IMG/VR virus record: IMGVR_UViG_3300045988_080466
Source: a virus
Length of the DNA: 64,000 nt
Strand: one strand, 5' to 3'
Shown: in pieces, positions 46,836 to 54,429 of the stretch
Layout of the letters: each line of letters opens with the position of its first letter
Numbering within the stretch: the stretch's first letter is position 1
The notes under the pieces: generated by a model
What the model was told of the DNA's origin: nothing
Databases searched by the model: none
Seen by the model: only the letters and a program-made list of their open reading frames with translations
Position numbers and translations under genes: made by a program

Positions 46836-47105
46836 TTAGTTGTGGGCTCTTAATAGCTCCCCATATTTGTAGTGATTACAATACCTATGTAAGTAGGCAA
46901 TGTAGACGTACTTATCCTTTATTAAGTCATAGTGCTTTTGTTGAAAGCGAAGAACAGAATCTCTGTCTCCATTTAAAAATTCAACATGATACTCTGCAAC
47001 TGAAGGATGCACAAAGATACTACTTTTAGTCGATTGTGCAAAGACAATCGCTATAAAAAATGTTAAAATTAAAACCAGTATTCTATTAGACTTTATAATG
47101 GTCAT
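46836..47105 (-). CDS. secreted or membrane-anchored small protein
   Basis: N-terminal ILVLILTFFIAIVFAQS signal-like segment. Confidence 0.5.
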   Translation of the reverse strand: MTIIKSNRILVLILTFFIAIVFAQSTKSSIFVHPSVAEYHVEFLNGDRDSVLRFQQKHYDLIKDKYVYIAYLHRYCNHYKYGELLRAHN

Positions 47106-47382
47106 ACAGCAATGAAATTAAATTTGGATTAATCCATTTCTGTGTGTCTATTGTTCTAAACAGATGCAGGAAATCACTCGCTACACGTTCATTGTCAAGA
47201 TACCAGTCAATTTTACTTATCTCAATTTCAAGGTCTTTAATAGACCTCTCATCGGGAAGAGACTCACAAATTTCATCAATTCTGTTATTAAGTCTCTTGG
47301 AACACATCACCAAACAGATTAATACTGTTACTGCTCTTACAAAGTAAATTGCAAGAAATAAACATATAAAAAGGTTCATCAT
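47086..47382 (-). CDS. membrane-anchored protein (98 aa)
   Basis: N-terminal TM MMNLFICLFLAIYFVRAVTVLICLV. Confidence 0.5.
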   Translation of the reverse strand: MMNLFICLFLAIYFVRAVTVLICLVMCSKRLNNRIDEICESLPDERSIKDLEIEISKIDWYLDNERVASDFLHLFRTIDTQKWINPNLISLLYDHYKV

Positions 47383-48335
47383 AAGCTCATTAGTTTTTCG
47401 TAAGCTGCTGTTAGTTCCTTAAATTTCTCTTCACTGCCACCTCTATCAGGGTGATAAACAAGAACCAATTTCCTATAAGCTGCTTTAATTATTTTCTTAT
47501 CAGTTGTTGGAGAGATTTGCAACATTGTGTAAAGAGAAGCGTAAGGATTAACTGTCTCTTGTTGGCGTTTAGCTTGTTCTCTTGAGAAATTATCCCACCA
47601 ACTCTGGTATTGGTGATTAAACCCTGCAAAATCATCATTAAACTCAAATCCTTGATTACCATAGAATCTAGCTCTCTGATATGCATTTTCTTGTTTAACC
47701 CTTTCTCTTTCTCTTCTTTCACGCTCTATCCTTTCTTCCCACTCTCTTTGTGCTCTTCTTGCTGCTTCTTGTGCCTTTCTTATGTTTTCCTCTACTTTAG
47801 CGGGAATCTCATAAAATATGTGGTCGAGAGTTTTATCAGCAATAGTCCACAAGATACTAATATGGATGGGCTTACTAATAGCATACTTCATTCCAGCATC
47901 CCAGAGATTTCCTTTCACATTAGCGTATATGGAAATATTTTGCCGATTTTCTTTCAAACCTTTCTCTATAGCTTCTATAACAGCATAGAAATAAGGCTCT
48001 TTCTTCCCTTCAAGAAGTTTCAGTATAGCTCTGAATTGAGGAATCCTTTCCCTATCAAGTTGGCTACTTAACAAATAAGCAAACCACTTAAAGTGATTGT
48101 ACTTTTTCAATTCCGAGAAATTACACTTTATAAGGGAATGTTCAGGCTCAAAGTCAGATTCCTCAACGAAATGTGCTCCGCTAAAGAAATTATAGTATTC
48201 AAACTCAAGATTGTACTTCCTACAAGCATATATAAACGCTTTATCTCTACTTGTAATAATGTCTCTTTCCTCTCCCTCATTTAGATTAGAAGAGCCATTA
48301 AAGTATTTTAAAGAAATCTTTTTAAAAACATTCAT
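47379..48335 (-). CDS. J-domain (DnaJ-like co-chaperone) protein
   Basis: C-terminal YTMLQISPTTDKKIIKAAYRKLVLVYHPDRGGSEEKFKELTAAYEKL with HPD tripeptide. Confidence 0.75.
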   Translation of the reverse strand: MNVFKKISLKYFNGSSNLNEGEERDIITSRDKAFIYACRKYNLEFEYYNFFSGAHFVEESDFEPEHSLIKCNFSELKKYNHFKWFAYLLSSQLDRERIPQFRAILKLLEGKKEPYFYAVIEAIEKGLKENRQNISIYANVKGNLWDAGMKYAISKPIHISILWTIADKTLDHIFYEIPAKVEENIRKAQEAARRAQREWEERIERERRERERVKQENAYQRARFYGNQGFEFNDDFAGFNHQYQSWWDNFSREQAKRQQETVNPYASLYTMLQISPTTDKKIIKAAYRKLVLVYHPDRGGSEEKFKELTAAYEKLMSL

Positions 48336-48361
48336 TGTCTCATCTATTTAGTTGTTAAACG

Positions 48362-48435
48362 TGGGCCTGACCGGACTTGAACCGATAACCTCAACATTAT
48401 GAGTGTTTTGCTCTGACCGATTGAGCTACAGGCCC
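48362..48435 (-). tRNA. tRNA-Met type (CAU; could be elongator Met or lysidine-Ile2)
   Basis: GGGCCTG acceptor, loop CTCATAA, T-loop TTCAAGT. Confidence 0.8.
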
Positions 48436-48438
48436 AAT

Positions 48439-48465
48439 AAAAAAGGACAGCTGTTAACTGTCCTT
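48439..48465 (-). terminator. rho-independent terminator (minus strand), 3 nt upstream of the tRNA 5' end
   Basis: AAGGACAG/CTGTCCTT 8-bp stem followed in minus sense by TTTTTTATT. Confidence 0.8.
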
Positions 48466-48470
48466 AGTTT

Positions 48471-48881
48471 TTACTCTTCAATTTCTTTATCATCGGATTC
48501 TTCATCCATAAGAATGATTCCTAAACCGACAACGTTGCCAAGTTCTTTTGGCAATGTGACTGCATCTTCTGGAAACCATTCGTTGTAAGTTTCAACAGCA
48601 ATTTTCCAATCAACGAGAACATCACGAAGTCCGCTTTTCTTAGTATGGATAGTTTCAACAAACTGTTTCGGATTGAAGTCTTTATCTACCGGAGATAAAG
48701 ATGTTGTGTTGTTGATTGATAAATCCATGAGGTTCGTTAACTCATTGATGAGTCTTTGAGCTTCTCTTTTGTAGGTGGCAATTACTTGTTCTTGTTCTGC
48801 CTTTACAATGTTAGCAATGTTAGTTGCGCGAGCGTTCAGCAATCCTTGTCCGCTGCGAGATAAGATACTTTTAAATTTCAT
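48471..48881 (-). CDS. hypothetical protein (136 aa)
   Basis: ORF. Confidence 0.55.
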   Translation of the reverse strand: MKFKSILSRSGQGLLNARATNIANIVKAEQEQVIATYKREAQRLINELTNLMDLSINNTTSLSPVDKDFNPKQFVETIHTKKSGLRDVLVDWKIAVETYNEWFPEDAVTLPKELGNVVGLGIILMDEESDDKEIEE

Positions 48882-48911
48882 TTCCTTACGTAATTTTTAT
48901 TAAGATATTTT

Positions 48912-49487
48912 TTAATCAATCAAAAGCCAGCGATAATCAACTTTATCTGCATAGATAGCGTCAAATACCAGTTGTCCAAACTGCTTACATACATATAAAG
49001 CCGTTTCTTCATCCTTACAGGATAAAATCCCTACATAGGAGCCGGAAGCGCTGACCCCAGCATAAGAATAGAAGCAACCAGGGCCAGCATCACTACTGCT
49101 ATCAGGAGCGTTGCTGCTAAGCAGATAATATGTTTCTCCTTCGCAGATGAACTTTCCGATAATATTCTTCTTTTCACTGTTGGGCAACTTACTTTCCAGA
49201 TAGAAACGAACCCAGGGATACCATATTCTTCCTTCTGTTAAGCTGAAATCATGACCCTGATTCAAAGCACGAAGCACAGTCTGTAGTTCATACATTTTAC
49301 GAATGGAACAAGGAGCGGATTCCAACCAAGAAGGATACTTCTCTCCTAACGCTTCAAAAGCATCAGCCACACTCTTTACCCTTGATTTGATGTCTTCATC
49401 AATAAAGCTAATTGTGCGAGTGCTTTTATCATATACAGGAATCTTACCTTCTGGAGCCTGTACTTCAATTACATGTTTCTTACTCAT
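48912..49487 (-). CDS. hypothetical protein (191 aa)
   Basis: Track ORF 48912..49601 trimmed to ATG 49487 (MSKKHVIEV) because its N-terminal extension overlaps a tRNA. Confidence 0.55.
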   Translation of the reverse strand: MSKKHVIEVQAPEGKIPVYDKSTRTISFIDEDIKSRVKSVADAFEALGEKYPSWLESAPCSIRKMYELQTVLRALNQGHDFSLTEGRIWYPWVRFYLESKLPNSEKKNIIGKFICEGETYYLLSSNAPDSSSDAGPGCFYSYAGVSASGSYVGILSCKDEETALYVCKQFGQLVFDAIYADKVDYRWLLID

Positions 49488-49516
49488 ACTAAAATATTTA
49501 ATAAAGTTTTTAATTG

Positions 49517-49599
49517 AGCCCTCTGTCCGATTCGAACGGACGTGTCCTTGCGGAACATCATTACAAGTGACGTGCAATCGACCACTATGCGAAGAGGGC
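49517..49599 (-). tRNA. tRNA with UGU (Thr) anticodon and a class II-type long variable arm
   Basis: GCCCTCT/AGAGGGC acceptor, 3-bp D stem, loop CTTGTAA, variable TTCC-GCAA-GGACAC (GNRA-capped), discriminator U. Confidence 0.7.
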
Positions 49600-49605
49600 A
49601 AATAC

Positions 49606-49727
49606 AGATGTGAGTTTTTAAGACGGACTCGAACCGAAATCTCCTAGCAAGCTAGGCGTAATAACCATTATACTATACTTCCTTGTTGGTGGGAGTTAAT
49701 TATTAACTTGCTGTTACACATCTTTAG
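49606..49727 (-). ncRNA. tRNA-leader hairpin family, copy 2 (loop carries tRNA-like arms)
   Basis: Stem AGATGTG/CACATCT, TAACAGCAAG motif; loop contains a D-arm-like GTATAATGGTTATTAC, CCTAG-CTTG-CTAGG hairpin and CGG-TTCGAGT-CCG. Confidence 0.55.
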
Positions 49728-49751
49728 ATATAACCTTGCCAGGTTAGGTTG

Positions 49752-49823
49752 TCGAGAGCGGGGGATTCGAACCCCAACTACCACAGTGACAGTGTGGCGT
49801 GCAGCCATTACACTACGCCCTCG
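49752..49823 (-). tRNA. tRNA-Asp (GUC)
   Basis: Loop CTGTCAC, T-arm GGGG-TTCGAAT-CCCC; acceptor/D junction slightly irregular, ends +/- 3 nt. Confidence 0.75.
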
Positions 49824-49960
49824 AAGGAGTGGATGTCAGCCGTTTCTATTCCACCATTGCGTACTACGCTGCTGACTAGCGTCTAAGACTTCTTTTCCTC
49901 ACGTCGTCTTAGAATGTACTTGATTATTATTGCCAGTTAAGGGAGGATTAAGTACAAGAG

Positions 49961-50035
49961 CACCGCCCACGGGATTCGAACCCGTATTAGCATCATCGAA
50001 AGTGATGTGTCCTAGTCCAATTAGACGAGAGCGGC
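49961..50035 (-). tRNA. tRNA-Glu (UUC)
   Basis: GCCGCTC acceptor, loop CTTTCGA, T-arm ACGGG-TTCGAAT-CCCGT. Confidence 0.85.
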
Positions 50036-50042
50036 AGAAAGC

Positions 50043-50165
50043 GGAAGACCTTTTATTACGTTGCTCTACCTGACTGAGCTAAATGAAGCAAGCTTCACTA
50101 TGAGATTTGAACTCATGACCGACGGCTTACAAGGCTGAATAGTTATTGCTGCAAGTCTTCCTTAT
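50043..50165 (-). ncRNA. tRNA-leader hairpin family, copy 3: encloses a circularly permuted tRNA-like domain (YrlA / Y-RNA-like architecture)
   Basis: Basal stem GGAAGAC/GTCTTCC, TTGCAGCAAT motif. Then, 5' to 3': T-arm ATGAG-TTCAAAT-CTCAT, acceptor-like 7-bp stem AGTGAAG-CTTG-CTTCATT closed by a tetraloop, U8-A9, canonical D-arm GCTC-AGTCAGGTA-GAGC. Confidence 0.6.
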
Positions 50166-50178
50166 TTATTAACTTAAC

Positions 50179-50493
50179 CTATTTTTCTTTTGGCTTAAAA
50201 ATGAATCTGGCAGGATAGATTTCACCAAGACCTGGCTTGTCATATTCAACTTCCCAACCATTTTTACGGTATTCATCTTCTACATTTAACCATCTGTTTT
50301 CCCAAATAGTTTGAACAGTTATGTCGTCAAGGGGGCAAAGACGAATAATTTCAGTAATAACTTCATCTTGCAATATTACAGTGCTATAAGCATCATAATT
50401 CTTTACAAGAAGATTGTTAAACGCCCCATACACAAAATCAGGAATGGATGCAAGTTTATGTTCCTTAGCATCTTTTGGTGTAAATACTTTCAT
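50179..50493 (-). CDS. hypothetical protein (104 aa)
   Basis: Track ORF trimmed from GTG 50544 to ATG 50493 (MKVFTPKD). Confidence 0.5.
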   Translation of the reverse strand: MKVFTPKDAKEHKLASIPDFVYGAFNNLLVKNYDAYSTVILQDEVITEIIRLCPLDDITVQTIWENRWLNVEDEYRKNGWEVEYDKPGLGEIYPARFIFKPKEK

Positions 50494-50521
50494 ATTATTT
50501 ATTTTTAAGTAGTAATCTCTA

Positions 50522-50725
50522 TTAATCCCAAAACCAAATTTCACGAGCCATAGCTCGTCTCATCGATATTTTACCATCAAGAATTTTAAACCATTTTTGG
50601 TGTCTGAAATGTTGAAATCTACATTTTCCTTTCTTTCCACCTAATACGTGATAAATCCACCGTCTTCCATGAGAGCGTTTACCAATGTATTTACTAGCAG
50701 TTTTCCATTTCTTTCCGTTGCTCAT
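50522..50725 (-). CDS. small highly basic protein (67 aa)
   Basis: Lys/Arg/Trp-rich ORF. Confidence 0.4.
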   Translation of the reverse strand: MSNGKKWKTASKYIGKRSHGRRWIYHVLGGKKGKCRFQHFRHQKWFKILDGKISMRRAMAREIWFWD

Positions 50726-50743
50726 ATTATTAATAAAGGTTAG

Positions 50744-50831
50744 AGGAGGCTGTAGGAGTCGAACCTACTCAACGAATGGGTACGTTACATCGGATTTCAA
50801 GTCCGTTCCATTACCGTTCTGGCAAACCTCC
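50744..50831 (-). tRNA. tRNA-Ser (UGA), class II
   Basis: Loop CTTGAAA, long variable arm with AACG/CGTT stem. Confidence 0.8.
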
Positions 50832-50860
50832 ATTTTATTCATAAAATAACATTATTTACG

Positions 50861-50944
50861 GGTGTAGTATGGGATTCGAACCCATGCGTTTCTTATGTAC
50901 CAGAACCACAATCTGGCGGCATCAACCACTAGCCGAACTACACC
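50861..50944 (-). tRNA. tRNA-His (GUG) with encoded G-1 and an unusually long (about 14 nt) variable region
   Basis: G-1:C73, stem CCAGA/TCTGG, loop TTGTGGT; variable TACATAAGAAACGC. Confidence 0.75.
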
Positions 50945-50952
50945 ATGTTTAT

Positions 50953-51303
50953 TTATCGGTAAACGAAGAAATATCTTGGAAACTCTCCTCCAAATAGAGT
51001 AAGGGCTACATTACATAACCAAATGCTTGGAACAGGGACATCAGAACAAGAAATCCATTCATAAGTTGCTCCAAATTCATCTTGTTGTGGAGTGATATGA
51101 AAATAAAGGTCGTTTCTTCCTACCTCAATTTCTGTATCAACTTTCAATGTAACAACTTCTTTATTGTCAGGATATTCGGTAACATACCATTCTAAGAAAT
51201 CATCAGCACCGTTTACCATTTGTAAATCATCAATGCTTCCAGCCCAAGGAATATCAACAAACCATCGTTGAGCTAATTTTTTAAATGTTAGTTCAAGTTT
51301 CAT
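50953..51303 (-). CDS. hypothetical protein (116 aa)
   Basis: ORF. Confidence 0.5.
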   Translation of the reverse strand: MKLELTFKKLAQRWFVDIPWAGSIDDLQMVNGADDFLEWYVTEYPDNKEVVTLKVDTEIEVGRNDLYFHITPQQDEFGATYEWISCSDVPVPSIWLCNVALTLFGGEFPRYFFVYR

Positions 51304-51320
51304 ATTATTTCTTTATTAAG

Positions 51321-51394
51321 TGGAGCCAGTGGGACTCGAACCCACGACTTTCTGCGTGCAAGGCAGACGTTCTAGCCATCTGAACTATGACCCC
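51321..51394 (-). tRNA. tRNA-Ala (UGC)
   Basis: G3:U70 pair present, loop CTTGCAC. Confidence 0.85.
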
Positions 51395-51411
51395 AAGTTA
51401 TAGTTGAGGGG

Positions 51412-51485
51412 AGGGGAGTGTCGGGTTCGAACCGACAACCTATGGGTTAACAGCCCATTGCTCTGCCAATTATAGCTAACTCCCC
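51412..51485 (-). tRNA. tRNA-Asn (GUU)
   Basis: GGGGAGT acceptor, loop CTGTTAA. Confidence 0.85.
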
Positions 51486-51491
51486 GAATAC

Positions 51492-51562
51492 GGATTACTA
51501 TTTAAATGTGTCGCTATTTTCTGGTGCAATAATTTAAGGTAATTGCTGTAAGTAATCCTTGT
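51492..51562 (-). ncRNA. tRNA-leader hairpin family, copy 4
   Basis: ACAAGGATTACT-TACAGCAATTA...AGTAATCC, 6 nt before tRNA-Asn. Confidence 0.6.
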
Positions 51563-51901
51563 AATATATTTTAATATGTAAAAACAGTAGTCATTTATAA
51601 TCCCTATGTGTAGGAACTTACTCCCCCATTGGAAGTGTTCCCGTTGGTAACCAAGTATAGCTGTGTGAAGCTTGCTCGAAATACCATACAAAAGCTCTTT
51701 TTAATAATTTCATAACTTTCATACTTTTAAGGGTTAAATGAATAAATAAATAATCTAAAAACTCTGGTCAACCACACGCATCCCACCAGTTTGTACTTCC
51801 CGCTCCTCTTAGTACAAGTGACTCTGTTGTTCCTACAGATTATCTCCTAAGTATCCAAGCGAGTTATCACCTGCCAAAGCCTTGTCCGTTGTGAGTTTTT
51901 G

Positions 51902-51975
51902 TGCGCCCGTTGTGATTCGAACACAAGACCCACGGATTAAAAATCCGTTGCTCTAACCAACTGAGCTACGAGCGC
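51902..51975 (-). tRNA. tRNA-Lys (UUU)
   Basis: GCGCTCG acceptor, loop TTTTTAA. Confidence 0.85.
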
Positions 51976-51997
51976 AATCCTAAATTGCCTTTCGGGC

Positions 51998-52067
51998 AGA
52001 ACACTATAATAAGCTGTGTCAAATTAAAAGTTTGATGCTGAATATAATTGCTGTAAGTGTTCTTTAT
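51998..52067 (-). ncRNA. tRNA-leader hairpin family, copy 5
   Basis: ATAAAGAACACT-TACAGCAATTA...AGTGTTCT; 22 nt (with a GCC/GGC mini-hairpin) before tRNA-Lys. Confidence 0.6.
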
Positions 52068-52085
52068 TATTAACTAAAATGGAAG

Positions 52086-52167
52086 AGCCCAGAGTCGGAT
52101 TCAAACCGACGACAGATTTCTCAAACGGTTTTGCAGACCGCCCCCTTAATCACTCGGGCATCTGGGC
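52086..52167 (-). tRNA. tRNA with GCA (Cys) anticodon, U73, and a long variable region
   Basis: GCCCAGA/TCTGGGC acceptor, 3-bp D stem CCC/GGG, loop CTGCAAA, variable TTGA-GAAA-TCTGTC. Confidence 0.7.
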
Positions 52168-52173
52168 ATAAAC

Positions 52174-52236
52174 AGAAGTCTTTTTGTTGACAATATAACC
52201 AATTGTTGTATTAAATTTGCTGTGAGACTTCTTTGT
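52174..52236 (-). ncRNA. tRNA-leader hairpin family, copy 6
   Basis: ACAAAGAAGTCT-CACAGCAAAT...AGACTTCT, 6 nt before tRNA-Cys. Confidence 0.6.
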
Positions 52237-52430
52237 ATTTTTGGTATTCTGAAATATTCTACTAAAGAGAACCACTTTCGATAGTCTTCTCACGTACCAA
52301 TCGAGTTAATTCCCTGTCACACTTACGTGCCTTGTGCAGTTTTTTACCTGCTGCCCAGTACACTTATTTCTTGTTGAATAAGTATGAAAAAGTCACCCGA
52401 ATTTATCGTCACATTCGGTAAACGGTGAGG

Positions 52431-52504
52431 TCGGACGGGTAGGACTTGAACCTACGACCCTTACCTTATCAGAGTAATGCTCTAACCAACTGAGCTACCG
52501 TCCG
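52431..52504 (-). tRNA. tRNA-Ile (GAU)
   Basis: Loop CTGATAA, canonical D and T arms; C1:G72. Confidence 0.8.
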
Positions 52505-52719
52505 GATTACGAGACTTGCCTATATGCGTCCATATAAGTAGTATCTCAACCTATCTTCTACTTCGGTCGTTGATAGGACTGATTTCCTCCCACCTTTGCG
52601 CATCCATATCCGAATTTGGAGAGGCGTAGGAAGGATATTTGGTATTCCACGATAAGAGGTCGTTACTCTCTCACCACCGCTTGTTTAAGGCGGCTATGCA
52701 ACTCTACACTATATCGTCT

Positions 52720-53103
52720 TTATAATTTATAAATTAAAGTTTTATATTTGTCTTTCATTATTTTGAATCCCAATGGAAGTAAAGCATATTCATATACCTT
52801 TCTTCTCCTCTCATCGTCAGGATAAACCTCAATAGAGTCTCCTGGGAATTTCCATTTAGCATAATCAATAAAGTCAAGTAAACATTTTTTAGCCCACAAT
52901 AAAGACTTTATTCCGTCTTTACCAGTTGTTTTACCTTCTTGATAACCATGCTTCCTTTTAGTGGTTACATAAAAGGCAAAGTTTAAGGTCTCATTGTAAG
53001 TTCTATATACTTCACAGACAATTATTTGATTACACTCATTACGCGATTTATAAATGTAATGGTCAAGGTATTCTTTACCTGATTCTCTTTGTACATCATA
53101 CAT
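52720..53103 (-). CDS. hypothetical protein (127 aa)
   Basis: Trimmed to ATG 53103. Confidence 0.5.
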   Translation of the reverse strand: MYDVQRESGKEYLDHYIYKSRNECNQIIVCEVYRTYNETLNFAFYVTTKRKHGYQEGKTTGKDGIKSLLWAKKCLLDFIDYAKWKFPGDSIEVYPDDERRRKVYEYALLPLGFKIMKDKYKTLIYKL

Positions 53104-53410
53104 AATCCTCACATTCTTCTCTAATTAACTTTTTAGCTTCATATCGTTTTTTACGATTTTCTTTCTTTACGTCATACTGATGCATTTTACTTCTGCCGAC
53201 AACTGTACTATGTTTAAGTTTCTTAGCAAACTTGGAATCATTAAGAAAATCTGTAATAGATTCACAATTTCTATAAGTTGCTATTGTGTTTGGATAACTA
53301 TGTTTAATTCCTCTTATCGGGACATCAAAAGTTCCCCATGAATTGTAAATCTTTCTTGCTCTCGAAATCCATTTATTTCTTGTGCGTTCACGTCTAAGTT
53401 CTCTATTCAC
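53096..53410 (-). CDS. hypothetical basic protein (104 aa), GTG start
   Basis: ORF; Arg/Lys-rich. Confidence 0.45.
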   Translation of the reverse strand: MNRELRRERTRNKWISRARKIYNSWGTFDVPIRGIKHSYPNTIATYRNCESITDFLNDSKFAKKLKHSTVVGRSKMHQYDVKKENRKKRYEAKKLIREECEDYV

Positions 53411-53514
53411 AACTATCTTTTATTAATGATGTTACTTATATCCATTCATTTGTTATTTTTAGTAGAATTGGTTGGTTATCCAGTCACACCACGTGGAGGT
53501 TTCTACTATGTGAC

Positions 53515-53587
53515 CTGCGGAGCTGGGAATCGAACCCAGAACCCGAGGATATGAGCCTCGTGAGATACCATTTCTACGCACTCCGCA
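53515..53587 (-). tRNA. tRNA-Met type (CAU), second copy (initiator/elongator/Ile2 unresolved)
   Basis: Stem CGAGG/CCTCG, loop CTCATAT, T-arm CTGGG-TTCGATT-CCCAG; D arm irregular. Confidence 0.7.
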
Positions 53588-53590
53588 ATA

Positions 53591-53761
53591 TCATTTGTTT
53601 ATTCCTTGCATTAATATATCTCCAGTAATATCACCTGCTACATTTAGAAGATACTCTGCAAAATTATTTTCAGCTGATGGTTGGGTATTTTTATCTATCC
53701 TTTTTGCTATTTTAAGCAATTCATCTAACTTTTTAATAATTAAATCGAGTTTGTCTTCCAT
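53591..53761 (-). CDS. small hypothetical protein (56 aa)
   Basis: Below cutoff; MEDKLDLIIKKLDELLKIAKRIDKNTQPSAENNFAEYLLNVAGDITGDILMQGINK; the plus-strand track ORF here is its antisense. Confidence 0.4.
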   Translation of the reverse strand: MEDKLDLIIKKLDELLKIAKRIDKNTQPSAENNFAEYLLNVAGDITGDILMQGINK

Positions 53762-53776
53762 AGTAGTAATTATATG

Positions 53777-53852
53777 TGCGGATAGAGAGACTCGAACTCT
53801 CCCCTTCTGATTGGAAGTCAGACATGCTCAAAACCATTGACACCACACCCGC
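53777..53852 (-). tRNA. tRNA-Gly (UCC)
   Basis: Loop CTTCCAA, T-arm GAGAG-TTCGAGT-CTCTC; long D loop. Confidence 0.8.
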
Positions 53853-53857
53853 AGATT

Positions 53858-53879
53858 AAAAAGGCTTAATTAGCCTTTT
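53858..53879 (-). terminator. A/U-flanked hairpin, probable terminator (overlaps the MazG-like stop)
   Basis: AAAAGGCT-TAATT-AGCCTTTT. Confidence 0.45.
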
Positions 53880-54180
53880 GTTTGTTATATTTTTCAATCC
53901 ATTTGTCACACTTTACTTTGAGTCTTTCTTCAAAGAGTTTTTGGAAATCATCTCCGTAAACACTTACTCCCAAGTCTACTACATTAATAAATGTATCGAC
54001 CAATTCATCACAAAGATTGAGAGCTTCTGTTTTCTTATAATCAGAAAGGCCAGTAATAATACTGATTTCTCCCATTACCTCACCACTCTCTTCTGCCAAC
54101 TTAATGGCAATGTCCTGAGTTGTTCGCCCGTTCTTAATAGACTTTCCAACTTCAACAACGTGTTCAATCACATCAATCAT
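53866..54180 (-). CDS. MazG-like nucleoside triphosphate pyrophosphohydrolase
   Basis: 104 aa all-helical; LAEESGEVMGE (EExxE) and CDELVD motifs. Confidence 0.6.
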   Translation of the reverse strand: MIDVIEHVVEVGKSIKNGRTTQDIAIKLAEESGEVMGEISIITGLSDYKKTEALNLCDELVDTFINVVDLGVSVYGDDFQKLFEERLKVKCDKWIEKYNKQKAN

Positions 54181-54203
54181 AATTTATTTCCTTAATTGTG
54201 AGT

Positions 54204-54235
54204 ACAAAGATACTACATATTTTTAATGTTACAAA
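54204..54235 (-). promoter_or_regulatory. Bacteroidota-type promoter
   Basis: Minus-sense TTTG (54232-35), N20, TATCTTTG (54204-11). Confidence 0.75.
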
Positions 54236-54340
54236 ATAGTAACTGTTAATTTCTGTTAAAGAATGGACTACTTTCCCAAGCAATCCATTTATGTGTCTAA
54301 TTTAAAAAATAAAATTATAGAAACTATGAGAACTTTTTTG

Positions 54341-54423
54341 CTGAACGGTCAGGATTCGAACCTGAGTGAGCTTTCGCTGATGGTTTTGGAGACCATTCTC
54401 GTCGACCACTTGAGTACCGCCCA
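54341..54423 (-). tRNA. tRNA with CCA (Trp) anticodon, G73, and a class II-type long variable arm
   Basis: 3-bp D stem CTC/GAG, stem ATGGT/ACCAT, loop CTCCAAA, variable CAGC-GAAA-GCTCAC (GNRA-capped). Confidence 0.7.
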
Positions 54424-54429
54424 GTGTAC

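Noticed and set aside
49517-49599. Class II-shaped tRNA(UGU) as a Ser-charged tRNA that would misread Thr codons
   Set aside because: The sibling long-arm tRNAs keep the correct identity discriminators for their anticodons (U73 for Cys, G73 for Trp, G-1:C73 for His). The simpler reading is genuine isoacceptors with an added variable arm; mischarging cannot be judged from sequence.
49488-49601. N-terminal 38-aa extension of ORF 48912..49601
   Set aside because: The extension is the tRNA (UGU) gene read as protein; the real start is the ATG at 49487.
51476-51691. 71-aa minus-strand ORF
   Set aside because: It overlaps the 5' part of tRNA-Asn and leader-hairpin copy 4, and no plausible start context is present.
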